Assembly (NCBI RefSeq): GCF_025526975.1 | Contig: NW_026515696.1 | Span: forward strand, 186,001-250,000 | Length of the DNA: 64,000 nucleotides | Source: Fimicolochytrium jonesii | Taxonomy: Eukaryota | Direction: 5' to 3' | Shown: one piece after another, positions 48,323-61,047 of the stretch | Numbering within the stretch: the first letter of the stretch is position 1 | Layout of the letters: each line of letters starts with the position of its first letter | Notes under the pieces: model-generated | Databases searched by the model: none | What the model saw: the letters and a program-made list of their open reading frames with translations, nothing else | Told to the model about the DNA's origin: nothing | Made by a program: the position numbers and the translations under genes

Positions 48323-49002
48323 TCGGAAGAGGGGATTCGTTTTGCGGTACGCAACAGACTGTGGGGAGGTGTCCAAAGCCAGGAATAAGAAAGCGAAGGG
48401 GCCAGCTTCTTGCCAGATTCTTGCCAGTCAGTGTATGTATGAGGAACGGGAGGCTTCGAACAGGGAATTCCTCAAAGGGATTGTAGTTGAGGGATGTGAT
48501 AATCACTGGTGCATCAAGCGTGAGTGGCAGATGCTCCTCGAAGAAGGTACAGATGATGTTCCCGCCCCAACTGTAGTTGTGCACCGTCGGGGCCGGCGAC
48601 GCCTGAGCACGCTGCCATGCCTGAAGTCCGAGGGACAACGCGATGAACGGGCCGCAGATGGACCTGTGGACCGACGAGGCCCGGAAATGCGAGCATCCAT
48701 CGTCGTCCATACATAATCCCGACCCACCGCCAACGCGTGGGGCGGGGTGCAACGGCCGACGAAGTAGCATCTGTTCCGTCGTCTCCGCATCTCCACTTCC
48801 AAAAGAACCATCCAAATCTCGCCAAAGTAAGTCATATATCAAAAAAAAAAGAAAAGTGGTATGTATATCACAAAAACCCCCAACTTGGTATAAATCAACC
48901 CAAAAAAAAAGAAGGGAATATCCAAAATCCGGCTTGCGCATCTGTTGCTAGTTTAATTGCCCACACTCCCCCCCCCCTCCCCCCCCCCCCCCCCGGTCCC
49001 TT

Positions 49003-52000
49003 TCAAGACTCCAAAACCGCCGATTTACTCGGACTCATCCCCCTCCCTCCCGCCCCCCCGGCCTCATCCCCCAACCCCTCGCGACTCCTCCCCTTCTCCT
49101 TCGAGACGTCTTCGCGGGATTTGATCTTTTTCTCTTCCGTGGCGCGCCGTTTGAGGCCGCTGAAGGCCGCGAGGAGGGATGAGGAGGCTGTGCGTGATTT
49201 TTTGCCTGGGACAAAGGGGTGTTAGGGATGTGTGTGAACGAGACACGGGTTATGGCGGGGGTTATGGCCATACCTCCTTCGTTATCCGCCAGACTTTCCG
49301 CGGAAGAATTAAGGGCCGTCGTTGAGCGTCTCGTCGCCACTGTGTGAAAAAAAAAGGGAAACAAGCCAATCAATCCCCACATTTTTTGAGTCAACCCCCC
49401 CCCCCCCCCCCCCCCCAAAAAAAAACATATACAAGCCACACATACCATCCAGACTCTCCCTCGTACTCTTACTCCGTCCCAACTTCTTCCCTTTCTTCTT
49501 CTTTGCGTCCTTCTCCTTCTCCTTCTCCATCTCCTCTCCCGGAGTCACATTACTCCCACCGCTCTTCCCCCTCCCGGTCTCCGCAGGGTCCGCCTCCGCC
49601 CGCTTGTGGGTACTCCCAGCGCCGTCGGTGGTATGATCCGGCACGCTCGCGCGTCTCGCCAGCACGCCTCCCAGGGACGTAAACACGCTCCCCCTGCGCG
49701 GCGGCGGTTGTTCCCCCGGCAGCTCCGCCGGGTTCTCGCCCGACGGCGTCGGCGGCTCGGACATCAAGCCCGTGGACGGACGATGCACGACGGGACTCGC
49801 CGCGGCGCTGCTCCGGTCGTCGTTCGCGTTCACGGTCCCGCGTTTGCTGGATTTGGACGCGGTGGCGCTGGACGAGGAGGCCGTGGCGTAGTCGCGCAGG
49901 ATCTCGTCCATCATCGCGTTGCGGGTGCGGTGGTGCGGTTTTTGGAATTTGGGCGCTTTGTACGAGGCGTTTTCGCCGTTTATCACTATCATTAACAAAA
50001 AAAGGCGCTGTTGAGTTACCCCCGCCCCCTTCACGGTCACCTGGCACCACTGTGACTACCCCGTTGAACTCACTCTTCCCCAACAGAAAATCCCTCATCT
50101 CCGCCTCATCCCAAAACACGGGCGGGGTGGGCAACGGCGGGCCGTAGGGCGGGACGTCGACGTTGGAGGCGAGCACGACGCGGTAGCCGATCTTGCCGGG
50201 GCGTGTGTGCCGGTCTTCCTGCACGGCGATGAAGATGTGCAGGAACTGCGATTTGATGGATTTGGGGTCGAAGGGCGTGTCGCCGTCTATGAATATGATT
50301 GCTACGATATCTGAAAAAAAAAAACGTCACGCGGATTAGTATATTTTACCATGTATGATTATAAGACAACATGATTTGATTCGTTTTCATTTTTGTTTTT
50401 TACCATTCCCAATATGCCTCTTCCGCTGAATCTGCTGGCGATCCTCCTTCTTATACGGCAGGAACGTCGACACGTGGTACATGACCTCAAAGTGTCTCCA
50501 TTTGGTGTACAGCGACCATTTGCCCGTCTGGCCGTGCTTGGTGTCCAGACCCGCGGAGTAGCCCGTCCATGTGGAGAGATCGATTTTGTCGCCGATGCGT
50601 GTGAGGAAGCGGTCGAAGGCGGGGGAGCCTGTTTCTGTGGGGGGGAGGGTTGAGGTGTTATATTGCGGGTGGGTGGGTGGCGATGGGGATGAATTCAGGG
50701 GGTGGAGGGATGTGATAGTAGGAAGCGAAAGGCCGGCGCTTACCATTCCCGAAAAACTCCTCCTCAGTCGTCTGTCCCGCCTTACAATACAGCACGCCAA
50801 ACTTATACCTCGTAACCGTCTCCAAAAAAAAAGGTCATCAATCCCCATCCTCCCCCGCCCTGTTCTCAAATCCCAAGACCTACCAACAACTCATCCAGCG
50901 CAACCAACCGCCTCTCAAACCCCTCGCCCGCAACCTTCCTCAACTTCCCCGGCTGTATATCCCTATGCAGCATCTGCAGCGCCGCCTTCACATCATGTTT
51001 CGGGTTCTGACGGAGCACGGAGGAGGCGGTTACCCGCGCGGCGTCGATGACTGCGCGGAGGGGTTGGGCCTACATCAAATGGATATCATTGTTCAGAGAG
51101 TCGGTAGACGGGGGGGAGGGGGAACTATGAGAACGTTACGTCTTTGGTCCGCATGATAGCCCAGAACTCTGCACCCTGGTCTTTCTCCCCGCCCTGGCCG
51201 CCACCCATGCTACCCCCGACGACGGCGGGCGGGCTCTGTGAATACGGCACGTCGGCTTTCTGAGACCCGGGCTTGTACATCAACGAAATGATGACGGGGC
51301 CGAGTTTGGGCATATCGCCTATGTAGTTTCGATGTTCTGTCCAAATCACAAACGAAACAATAGACTTGTCAATCAACAACCGACAGACAGAAAGATAATC
51401 GGGTTTGGTATGACGTACCATTCCCAAGAAAATGCCGCCGATAGTACCCTGCATCCTCATCCACATACTCCAATTTATAACTTCCGTACGAGGGGTCTCC
51501 CTCCGCCGTAGTCGTGTCGGCAATGGTTCCGGTGGTGCTCCGCAGCCCATTGTCGGGCCCGATGGCTTCGAGGCGGAAACCATCTGCCGTTTTTATTATC
51601 AGCTGAAGAAGAAAAAAAAAGCGAGAGGTCAATAAGTGTGGTGTGGTGCGAGGCGGGCGAAAGGGGGACACGCAGACATACCTTCCCCTGAGCCTCCACA
51701 TAACTACTAACAACCTTATCGGCCTCATGCACGGTCTGCAAGATCGCCTCCCTCAGCTCCCTCACCCCCTTCCACCCGCCCTCCTCAGCGCCCGCAATCT
51801 CGCGTTCCGCCTCGCGCTCCTTCGCAGTCAACTTGACAGCCGCGGCCCTCAGGCCACCCACAGGGACCAGACAATTCGCAATCTCCATCAGCTTCCGTAT
51901 CGACTCCATGATGCCTCTGAACACCGTCAACGCGATGTTGGTTTGGTTTTTCCGCGCGTTGAGGTCGGATGTGGACGCGGCGGTGGTGGGACGGCGGGCC

Positions 52001-54027
52001 CCCTGGGACGGCGGGGGAGGCAGACGGTTGAAGTTCTCGTAGATCTGGATAAGGTCGAACCCCTGTGTGGAGACGATGTTGGCGAGGTCGGAGAGGAGGG
52101 TGGTTGATTTCGTCGAGGAGACACGATGTACCGAGTCGGGGATTTCCGCGCTTCTCACACTCGCATGCTACCAAGAAAAAGGAAAGAAAAAAAAAACAGA
52201 AAGACCCCAGGTTTTTCAGTATATCATGCCGGGGGCGAAACAACGCCAGACAACCAAACACCGCAGTATGATGTTTTTCCCACCCACGTACCCGCTTCTT
52301 CTTGGGGCCCAGCGTATCCAAGCTCAACGACAAACTCCTCCCCTTCCCAATCCCGCCCTCCCCCGTCCCTTTACCGGCGTCCAAATCATCCAACGCAGAT
52401 ACATTCAACCTGATCAAGGACTGTATACTCGAGTCCGGGCTACTCGTTCTCCGAGCCGCCTGCGATGCAGCTACACCTGGGGCTGTGCGGCGGAGATTTT
52501 GCGTGGATCTTGTGGCGGGGTGGGGCGATGGGGTGTCGTCGGAGGATGAGTAGCCCACCGAGTGATTCGAGTGGGAGAAAGACGAGTCGGTGGAGAAACG
52601 GCGCGGGGAGGTTGGGGGGATGCGGTCCATGCTGATTGTGCGGGAGGAGTGCGGTTTGGAGGAGCCGCGTCTTTTGGAGCGGGGGTCGGTGGGTGATGGG
52701 CCTGATGACGAATTGGCGGCCTCATCTCGTGCTGCAAACGTCCGCGATTCTCAATAAAAGCGCCATTAAAGTCCCCGCGAGACAAAAAGTCCCCAAAAAG
52801 CCTACCTAAAAGCCCCTTACTCCCCCCCTCCCCGGTCTTGATCCCCCCCGCCCTCGGATACAACGGCGCCGACATCGGCGGCTTCCCTCCCTGCGCCGTA
52901 GTGGAATTCGAATTCAGCAACAATCGGCCCGGCGGCGGCGTCTTCCGTCCCGCTCCCGCGCCGCTATCCGCGTAGGCCCGCGATGATGGGGAGGCCAGGG
53001 TGCTACCTAGATTGTGTCAATTACACCAACTATATCTCATAAGTATGATACACAGCGCACTCACTTGAGGTTAACGGCGACGTATTCGGACTCGATTCGG
53101 AGAACACGTTTCGTAAATTGGGTCGGTGGGCGTACTCTGACGCACTGCGTTGGTGTGCATCGGAACCGGCGGTGGTGGTGGTGTAGGTTGAGGAGAAGCC
53201 GGAGAGGGAGCCGAAGGTTTTGTCGTCGGAGTTGCGGCGTCCGGTGGGGGTGGTGAGTTGCGGGGTTTTGGGGAGATGGGCGGTGCAGTAGACGGAGCCG
53301 TTGTGGGAGGCGTAGTTTGCTATCTGTTGAGGATTATTCATCGTCAGACATCAGCCATCCATCATCAACCGTCAACCACGATGTGCGTTGATGTTCCGAA
53401 GCCGTTCGCTCTGGGCCGGCCGGCCACATCGCTCGTGTGTTGCATTGGCTCCAGCCCCCGGGTCGCCCCCCTCTCGCCCCCGCTCGCCGCAGACAACCAC
53501 CATGGTTCGCTCCGCTCGCGGTCAACCTGTCCCACCCCCCGATGTCTGCCATCCCCACCTCTCAGCCAATCCAATTCCCCCACTCTCATCGTCCACCGCT
53601 CGATCCCCTTCCCAAACACGCAACATCCCAACATACCGACAGAGTCCGATTACACTGCGCACATTTCAAGCACTAAAAAACCGAGAAAAATGCGAACATC
53701 AAGTCAGTCGATCACCGGGGCCCCCCCTCATCGAAAACTTCCCATCCCCAAAACGGGAACGAGACATCCAAAACCCACCCCTTTATGGTAAAACTTGAAT
53801 TGCGCCACCACAGCCTCCATCGCATACCTAACGCCCCCCCAACATCAAACATGGCATAAGTAACCTCATACATCAAACAGAAGCCCAAGCAGAGAGAGGG
53901 AAATATGGGTCCTCGCTTCCATCCCCAATACATACACAGGCCTTAGACAAACACAACACGTCCCGTTGCGCTGGACCTGTAATGCCGGCACGGAGGTTGA
54001 TATGGGCGCGAGTGTATTGGACGCCAT
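49003..54027 (-). CDS. Rap GTPase-activating protein with an N-terminal LIM domain, multi-exon
   Basis: RapGAP motifs KFGVLYCKAGQTTEEEF, GLDTKHGQTG, EVMYHVSTFLPY...DRQQIQRKRHIGNDIV.IIF, KSQFLHIFI and INGENASYKAPKF. N-terminal exons give CCVC..FYHKG-CLKCAQCNRTLS-IANYASHNGSVYCTAH (LIM). The ends are inferred from splice sites. Confidence 0.88.
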
Positions 54028-55424
54028 GGCGGTGGGGGGGACTTTGCGGAAAGTGGTGTCGGGCTGGGTGGTGGGAGTGGGGAGAACGAGCCCCCCTGGC
54101 CGCTGAAGCGGGGGAGGTTGTTGCTCGTTTGGTGGGCTGGGAAGCGTTGGGAGTGTTCAACTTGGGGAAGGAATGGTGTTCCGTGGGGATGGCGGGTTGA
54201 GATGGGTGGATATAGACCAAGGGCGGGCTGGATAGAGGGTGGGTGGGGGCTGCAAGAGCAAGAGCGGGAAGGGGGCTCTTTGGTAGGGAGCGAGGTATAT
54301 ATATAGTAGAGAGTATTGCGAGCAAGCAGGTTGGTTTTCTCTAGTGGTAAAGTAAATAGGGGGGGGTTTGGGGGGGGGGGGGGGGGTTTCCACACTGCGA
54401 GAGAGAGAGGGAGTAGGGGCCATCACGTCAGCACCCACTGCGCCCTTTTTGGGACAGACATCCCACGCTCGCCCCTCCTACTCCCGCTCGCATCACTCGC
54501 AGGGTGGTCGAAACTGCTTGGAAAAGATCACGGGTGGATTGGCACGAATCATAACATCTCACGCCCCCGCCTACATACTGTAGGTTCCGGGGCCATTGAT
54601 GATGCATCTATCTTTTGACGCATTGGGATGCCCATGAATGAATGAGCGACAGACCACACGAGTCTTTAGGGGGCTTCAAGGGTGTCTGTATGATGCTGCT
54701 GCATGCTTGCGCGGCTTTTTTCCATGGGCAAACGCTTTCATACGATATTTATCATCATCCAGCATGCGCGCCTTGGGTTTTCACAGAGGTACTGTAAAAT
54801 GGCATCGGACTCGGACTTGTGCTCTTGCATTTTCCATGCAGCGAAGCGGCATTCTGCGGCTAGCTAAATCGATCGGGCAGTTGATGTGTTAAGCTGTGCA
54901 ATGGCCTCAAGACCTGCCATGGTGTTCTCGGCCGGAGTTTCTGGGTCTGGGTCGTTGGGGGGGGGGGGGGGGATCGACGGATCCGTTCGTGCACCACCCA
55001 GAGTTTGTCCTTGCATATCTACGTCGATCAACCCGTCGTCATCAGTCCGATAGGTGCAGGGGCCGTAGTACCGACGAGGATCGTGATAGTATTATTGTAT
55101 GGGCATTTTACAGTATGAAGGAGTATCCTCCTGTCGACGTCGAAGAGTCGAACGCAACTCGCCGGAATAACTTGTTGTGGGGGGTTGAGTTGGGGTTCTT
55201 ACCGCCGTGTCTTTTTAGTATTGCTACTCCTAGTTGACTACCAGTGACCGACTGCTTACCGCCATCCAAGGACTTATTAAAGGGTATTCCAAGGTGATCG
55301 ATCCCCCATCTTGCAAACTCATATTCTGTCCCATCGATGGAACATCTTCATATTCATATTACTAGTAAGTTACACGCACGACATGGGTGGTCCTGGGGGG
55401 CGAGTTCCATGGGAGTCATGAAGT

Positions 55425-55662
55425 AGTGGGAGTAGTAGTAGTAGTAGTAGGAGGGAGTCATCACCATCGATGGGGGGGCGCGTCTCTCTCTCTCTCTCTC
55501 TGTCTGTCTGTCTGTCTGTGTCGCTCGCGTCTCTTCTTTTGGGAGAGATGGATCTCTGATAGCGCTCTCTCTCTCTCTCTCTCTCTGAGAAACAGACACA
55601 GCGCCCACACATATCTGTGCTCTGACCCCCCCTCTCTCTCTCTCTCTCTCACTCTCACTCAC
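55425..55662. repeat. Microsatellite cluster (GTA)n, (CT)n, (CTGT)n upstream of pyruvate kinase
   Basis: Directly visible simple repeats. Confidence 0.9.
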
Positions 55663-55950
55663 TCGAAGAACCCCTATCTCCCATCTATCTCCCTCCCCCC
55701 CACCACGTTCCTCTCACTCGACAAACCGAAACCCCCCCACCGCACTTAAAAAAAGGTAAACAACAACCCCCCCCCCCCCCCCCAAATCTTACTTCCCACT
55801 CCGTGATCACACACCATAAAAAACTTATCGTTTTGGCACTCCCTGGTGGTGATCTTTCATATCATATACCTAACCACTCCGTCTCTCTTGTCAACTCCAT
55901 CTTCCCAACCCCCCATTTCGACTCGGCACACCCCAATGCTAGGCCAAACT

Positions 55951-58120
55951 ATGTCCGACTCGCAGTATATTGCTCAGGCTGGTGAGTTTGTATTCCGAGA
56001 CGGGGACCCGAGGGGATGGGGTTCCGACCGAGCCTTAGCAAGCGAAGCGAGCTACGCTCCGCCCACAACATCCTCGTCGCGAGCGGAGCGAGCAGGGTAA
56101 TGTTTGTTGATGCTTGATGGTTCGAAGGTTGACGGGTTGAAGGTCGATGCTTGATGGATGTTGATGTCGATGGTTAATGGGTTGATGGATGTTGACACCC
56201 TCTCGGCACACGCAGACCGCCATGTCCAAATCAAATCCAAGATCATCTGCACAATCGGCCCCAAAACTCAATCCGTCGAAATGCTCGGCAAACTCGTCGC
56301 CGCCGGCATGAACGTCATGCGCATGAACTTCTCACACGGAAGCCACGAGTACCACCAAAAAACCGTCGAAAACATCCGCACCTACCTCGCCAACGCCAAA
56401 TCCCCCAAATCAGTCGCCATCCTCCTCGACACAAAAGGGCCCGAAATCCGTACAGGAAAACTCGTCGGAGGAACCGACAAGAAACTCAAGGCCGGATCCA
56501 CATTCACCTTCCACAACGACGATTCGGTTTTGGGTGACGAAACCCAAGTCTCAACCTCCTACAAATCCCTCGCATCCTCCGTCCACCCGGGCGACCGCAT
56601 CCTCGTCGACGACGGCCTCATCGGCATGCTCGTCACCTCCATCAACCCCCAAACCAACACCGTAACATGCACGATCGAAAACGACGGCCTCCTCGGCGAA
56701 ACAAAGGGCGTCAACCTCCCCGGCATAGAAGTCGATCTCCCCGCCATCACCGAAAAAGACGCCTCCGATATCGCGTTTGGAGTCGCGCAGGGCGTGGATT
56801 TCATTGCCGCGAGTTTTATTCGCAAGGCGAGTGATGTGTTGGAGATTCGGAAGCTGATCGAGGGCACGGGCATCAAGATTATCAGCAAGATTGAGAACCA
56901 GGAGGGGTTGGAGAATTTCGACGAGATTTTGGCCGTTAGTGATGGGATCATGGTCGCGAGAGGGGATTTGGGGGTGGAGATTCCTGTGGAGCAGGGTAAG
57001 CATATGACTCCATCCTCTCTTTTTGCATCACCCCACCCTTCTTTTTTACCAACATCCTCCCTCTCGCTGGATTTTTTCCCTGTGATTTATTCCCTAGTCG
57101 CACGGTATCAAAAAATGATGATCCGCAAATGCAACGCGGCGGGCAAACACGTCGTTACGGCCACCCAGATGCTCGAGTCGATGATTGTCAACCCGCGGCC
57201 GACGAGGGCCGAGGCGACGGATGTGGCCAATGCGGTGCTGGATGGGAGTGATTGTGTCATGTTGAGTGGGGAGACTGCTAAGGGTAAGTGTTAGGGGGGT
57301 GAGCCGAGCGGGGCAAGCCTCGAGTGCGAGGGGCAGCCGAGCGGGAGCCAGCCCGAAAGCTCGCCATTCTCTCACACCTAAAATCGTGATGATGTGCAAT
57401 TATTGATCTTGTTTTTTTTTGTGATTGATTTTTAGGATCATTCCCGATCCTCGCCGTCGAAATGATGGCCAAGATCTGCCGCGAGGCCGAGATCGACATC
57501 AACTACACCGAGCTGTACCCGTCCATACGTCGCTCGATCCGCCTACCCATCTCTGTCTCGGAGACCATCGCTTCTTCTGCTGGTATGCTCACACATTCCG
57601 TCAGGAATTTCTTGCCCTTGCCTTTGCGAGAGATATATCTGACGCATTTATTTATTTTTCATAGTTAAGACCAGCTGGGATGTACATGCCGCTTTGATCA
57701 TCGTGCTTACGCAGACGGGAAACACGGCGATCGCGATCTCAAAGTACAGACCGATTGCGCCCGTGCTTGCCGTCACGTCGTCTCCACAGGCCGGTGAGTC
57801 TCATACCCCTTGTGTATCCCAGGGGAACACACGCCTCGGGTATCACACCCTTCCAAAAATCACCGAATAGAAAGCCAAAAAAACCTGACGATTTCTCCCC
57901 ATTAGCCCGGCAATGCCAAGTCCTCCGCGGGATCTACCCGATGCTGGTGGAAAACATGGAAGGCACGGAAAACATCATCCACCGCGCCATGCTGTGGGGC
58001 GTCAAGATGGGGATGGCGACCAGGGGAGACCCCGTCGTCGTCACCAGCGGCGTGCTGGAGTCGAGAAGTGGAAGCACGAATATCATGCGCGTGTTGAGGT
58101 GTGCGGGGTTTGAGGTTTAG
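55951..58120 (+). CDS. PYK1: Pyruvate kinase, multi-exon
   Basis: [103 protein letters not shown] and SGSTNIMRV. Five GT-AG introns. Confidence 0.98.
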
Positions 58121-58835
58121 ATGCGTGGGACGAATGATGGAGGATCCCACCCCCCCGATTACATGGCCACCATACGGCACACCACGCATACACCGCAACC
58201 ACCACCACCACCACCACCCCGGCTGTTTCTTGTTTCGTCGTACATTCCGTTTTGTGGGGGGGTTGGGGGGCGGATTTTTTCGCGAGTGCTCTCTCTTGTT
58301 CATAATGGTTGGAAAATGACTATACCTGTTGCACGCACACTCCTGTAGTTGGCAACCCCGGCGTCCTGGTCCCTGTTTCGAACCCCCCCTTTGCTGGTCG
58401 ACTGGCGTACGGGGCATTCCGGACCCGTATAGAGGAGATCGGGGAAGCGGGGACCGACCCACGGCCGTTCTGGCCAAGCTGGATTGATGACGAAAAGTTC
58501 GACTGTTCGCGCACAAGCAAAAGTCTGCCCCCCATCAAAAGACAATCACCAAAACCCCCTGTGATCCGCATCCGTCCGTATGTGTCCTGGCCGACAACGG
58601 TGGTGGTGTGGCTCCATCTAGCCATGCCCCGGGGAAACGCGTGCTCTCGTCACCAGGCGGTCCGAGGGGCCTGTGCGTCGACGTCGCAGCATGACCCACC
58701 GTCCGTTCATCCACCCGCTACGAACACGCTACAAGGGCGGGGGGTTCTTTGGGGGATCAGTACACCCCCCCCCCCCGCCACGTTCATCCGCACACCGGTA
58801 TCGGAAACATAGCGGGGTGTGTGTGGAGGACCGCT

Positions 58836-58866
<31 letters not shown>

Positions 58867-61047
58867 CGGTGTATCTTCCCGCGCTCGGCAGAGGAGTACA
58901 CGCCTCAGAGACCGTGTTCCAGTCCCACTCCCAGCTCCGCCACCATCATCGCTTGTGACTTTTATCGCTCACGCATCCACTGGACGTTCGCTGGACGTGA
59001 CAGAGATGGGGTACAAATACGGTACATCTGCGCTGAGATGTGGGGAGGCGCATCCATCCATCCATTCATTGATGGGTCCGTGGCTGAGGAACGCCAGGTC
59101 TGTCATATGTCATCCCACCCACATTCTCAGCCTAGTCAGACCACTTCGGATTTCCGTCGGGGGGCTGAGGAACAGACGACTCCGACAAACAGAAGCCGCG
59201 GAGGGTCGGAGAGCAAGGAGACACCCCGGGGCTGAGCATGGAGCTGGAAGCATCGACGCGTAAGACACCTGGGGGTTCGCTCGGTAACGTCTCCGCCCCT
59301 TGCTTCCGGGCTCCTAAGTTCACTCCTATGCGGAACTTGCAGTTTTGGAAGGGCGGGACTGGGAATTGACAGTGACAGGCTGTCAAAGGTGCGTGGTTAT
59401 GGAATGGACGTGGGGGCATAACATGTAGGTGAGGACAAATGGGCCGGCCGTGGGGGAAGGGAAGTGGTGTAGTTCGATGGATGGGGGTGCGCGGGAAATG
59501 AAAAGGGTAAGAGGAGCGGACGTGCGGGGAAACAGGATGTCTTTCGAGTATTCCCTCGCCAAAGGTGCCGCAACGCACGGCCCGGCCACCTTTGGAGGTC
59601 GAGGGGGGAAGGAGCGTCGGCAAGGGACAGACATTCCCATGACGGTGTGTTCGACCAAGGAGGAAACCGGCGAGCTGAGCACCTACGACGGTTTTTGGGT
59701 CCTATGCGCGGTTTTTTCAATGACACGTGGATCTATCATAGAAGGAGAGGAACGGGAGGGACTTTCTCAATCACGCTTGGATGGAGGTTTTGCAAAGCAC
59801 ACCTTCGTCGAATGGAGTGGGTCGCCATGATCTTGAGGGTAACTTACACAATGACATTGGACAAACAGACCGCTACTGGTGTTAACCAAAGATATCGTAG
59901 CTGGAAAAGGTCAGATTGGCACGAACACTCAGGAGGGATCGGGACTAGAGCAAAAGTTTGTACAGTACATGTAACGTACACCGCGCGGACTAAACCGGTC
60001 AGTGCGCTCTGATGAAGTCGCGAGGCCCGGCTTCGGTGGTCGGGAGAGCACCCACTTCGTCGATGCATGGAATGAGACGAGCAAGGAGAACAAAAGGGAG
60101 GAAAGAGGAGGAAGAAATGGATCAGTCATCTCGTAAAAGGTATCATGAACGGCCCGGCAGCAGCCAATCATCCAATATCCACAAGTGTGCCGAAAGCCTC
60201 TAAACGCTAACCCCGACGGTTGTTCACGGAAGGGGGCCGGGAGAAGAGACCACTCTTTTTCGCAGGCAAGAAAATTGGCCGCGTCGAACACCCCTGCAGT
60301 GCCCACCGTAGCACAGGTGTATGACACAAGGGTCACAGCACGCCAGATTCTAATCTGGTTCGTGGAGAAGAGTACCCAATGCAGCCGTTGACGACCGACA
60401 ACAGGAAAGGCGACTAGAACGCTGATCCCCAACGGTTGTTCACGGAAGGGGACCCGGGAGCAGTACAGTTTTTATCGCAGGCGGCCCAGAAAGGGGATGC
60501 CGTGCGCCTGATGACCGTGCGGGTCTCACAGAGACGAGGCCCGTGAGGATACGGCACGCCAGGAGTGAAACCAACCACGCCTGATCCCGGCAGGAAGCTG
60601 GAAAGTCTCTATGAGTCCGCTTTTTGCCTTTCAGACACTAATTTTTCTGATGACGGCTTTTGGGAATCTGTAGAGGTTCAGACGCGTGCAAACGTGCGCG
60701 AAGGAGAAGACGAGGTAGACGCCAAGCACGCCCCCTAAGACTCGACTGCTCCTGCCTACTGCCCTCGACCTACCACTAACTGCCCTGCGACAATGCCACC
60801 CACTGACAGTGACGGGAAGTCGCCAAATGATTGTGCTGGATCTGAATGCCGGAGCGACGCGTCAAATAAGTGGACGATTTTAATGTGGAGATTCAGGTTG
60901 CACGTGATCCCCAGCATTCTTAATGCAGATGAGATATCCCGACCTCACCCTCCGTTTCGCCGTCCCATGGCCTTCCACTCTCCATAGCTTCCCTATTTGT
61001 GTATCCCCGAGAACATCAGGAGCGACTCATATCGCTCCAAGTTCAAC

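Noticed and set aside
42000..48950. Many short ORFs inside the array with recurring RKRETDA / SENAKLTR peptides
   Set aside because: The peptides are just translations of the DNA motif in varying frames, with no consistent frame or splice pattern.
58836..58866. Long poly-G/poly-C runs here and near 39222, 42148, 42815, 48968, 49395, 54360, 54957 and 55767
   Set aside because: Homopolymers are common throughout this intergenic and intronic DNA, their lengths are unreliable, and no specific function can be supported.
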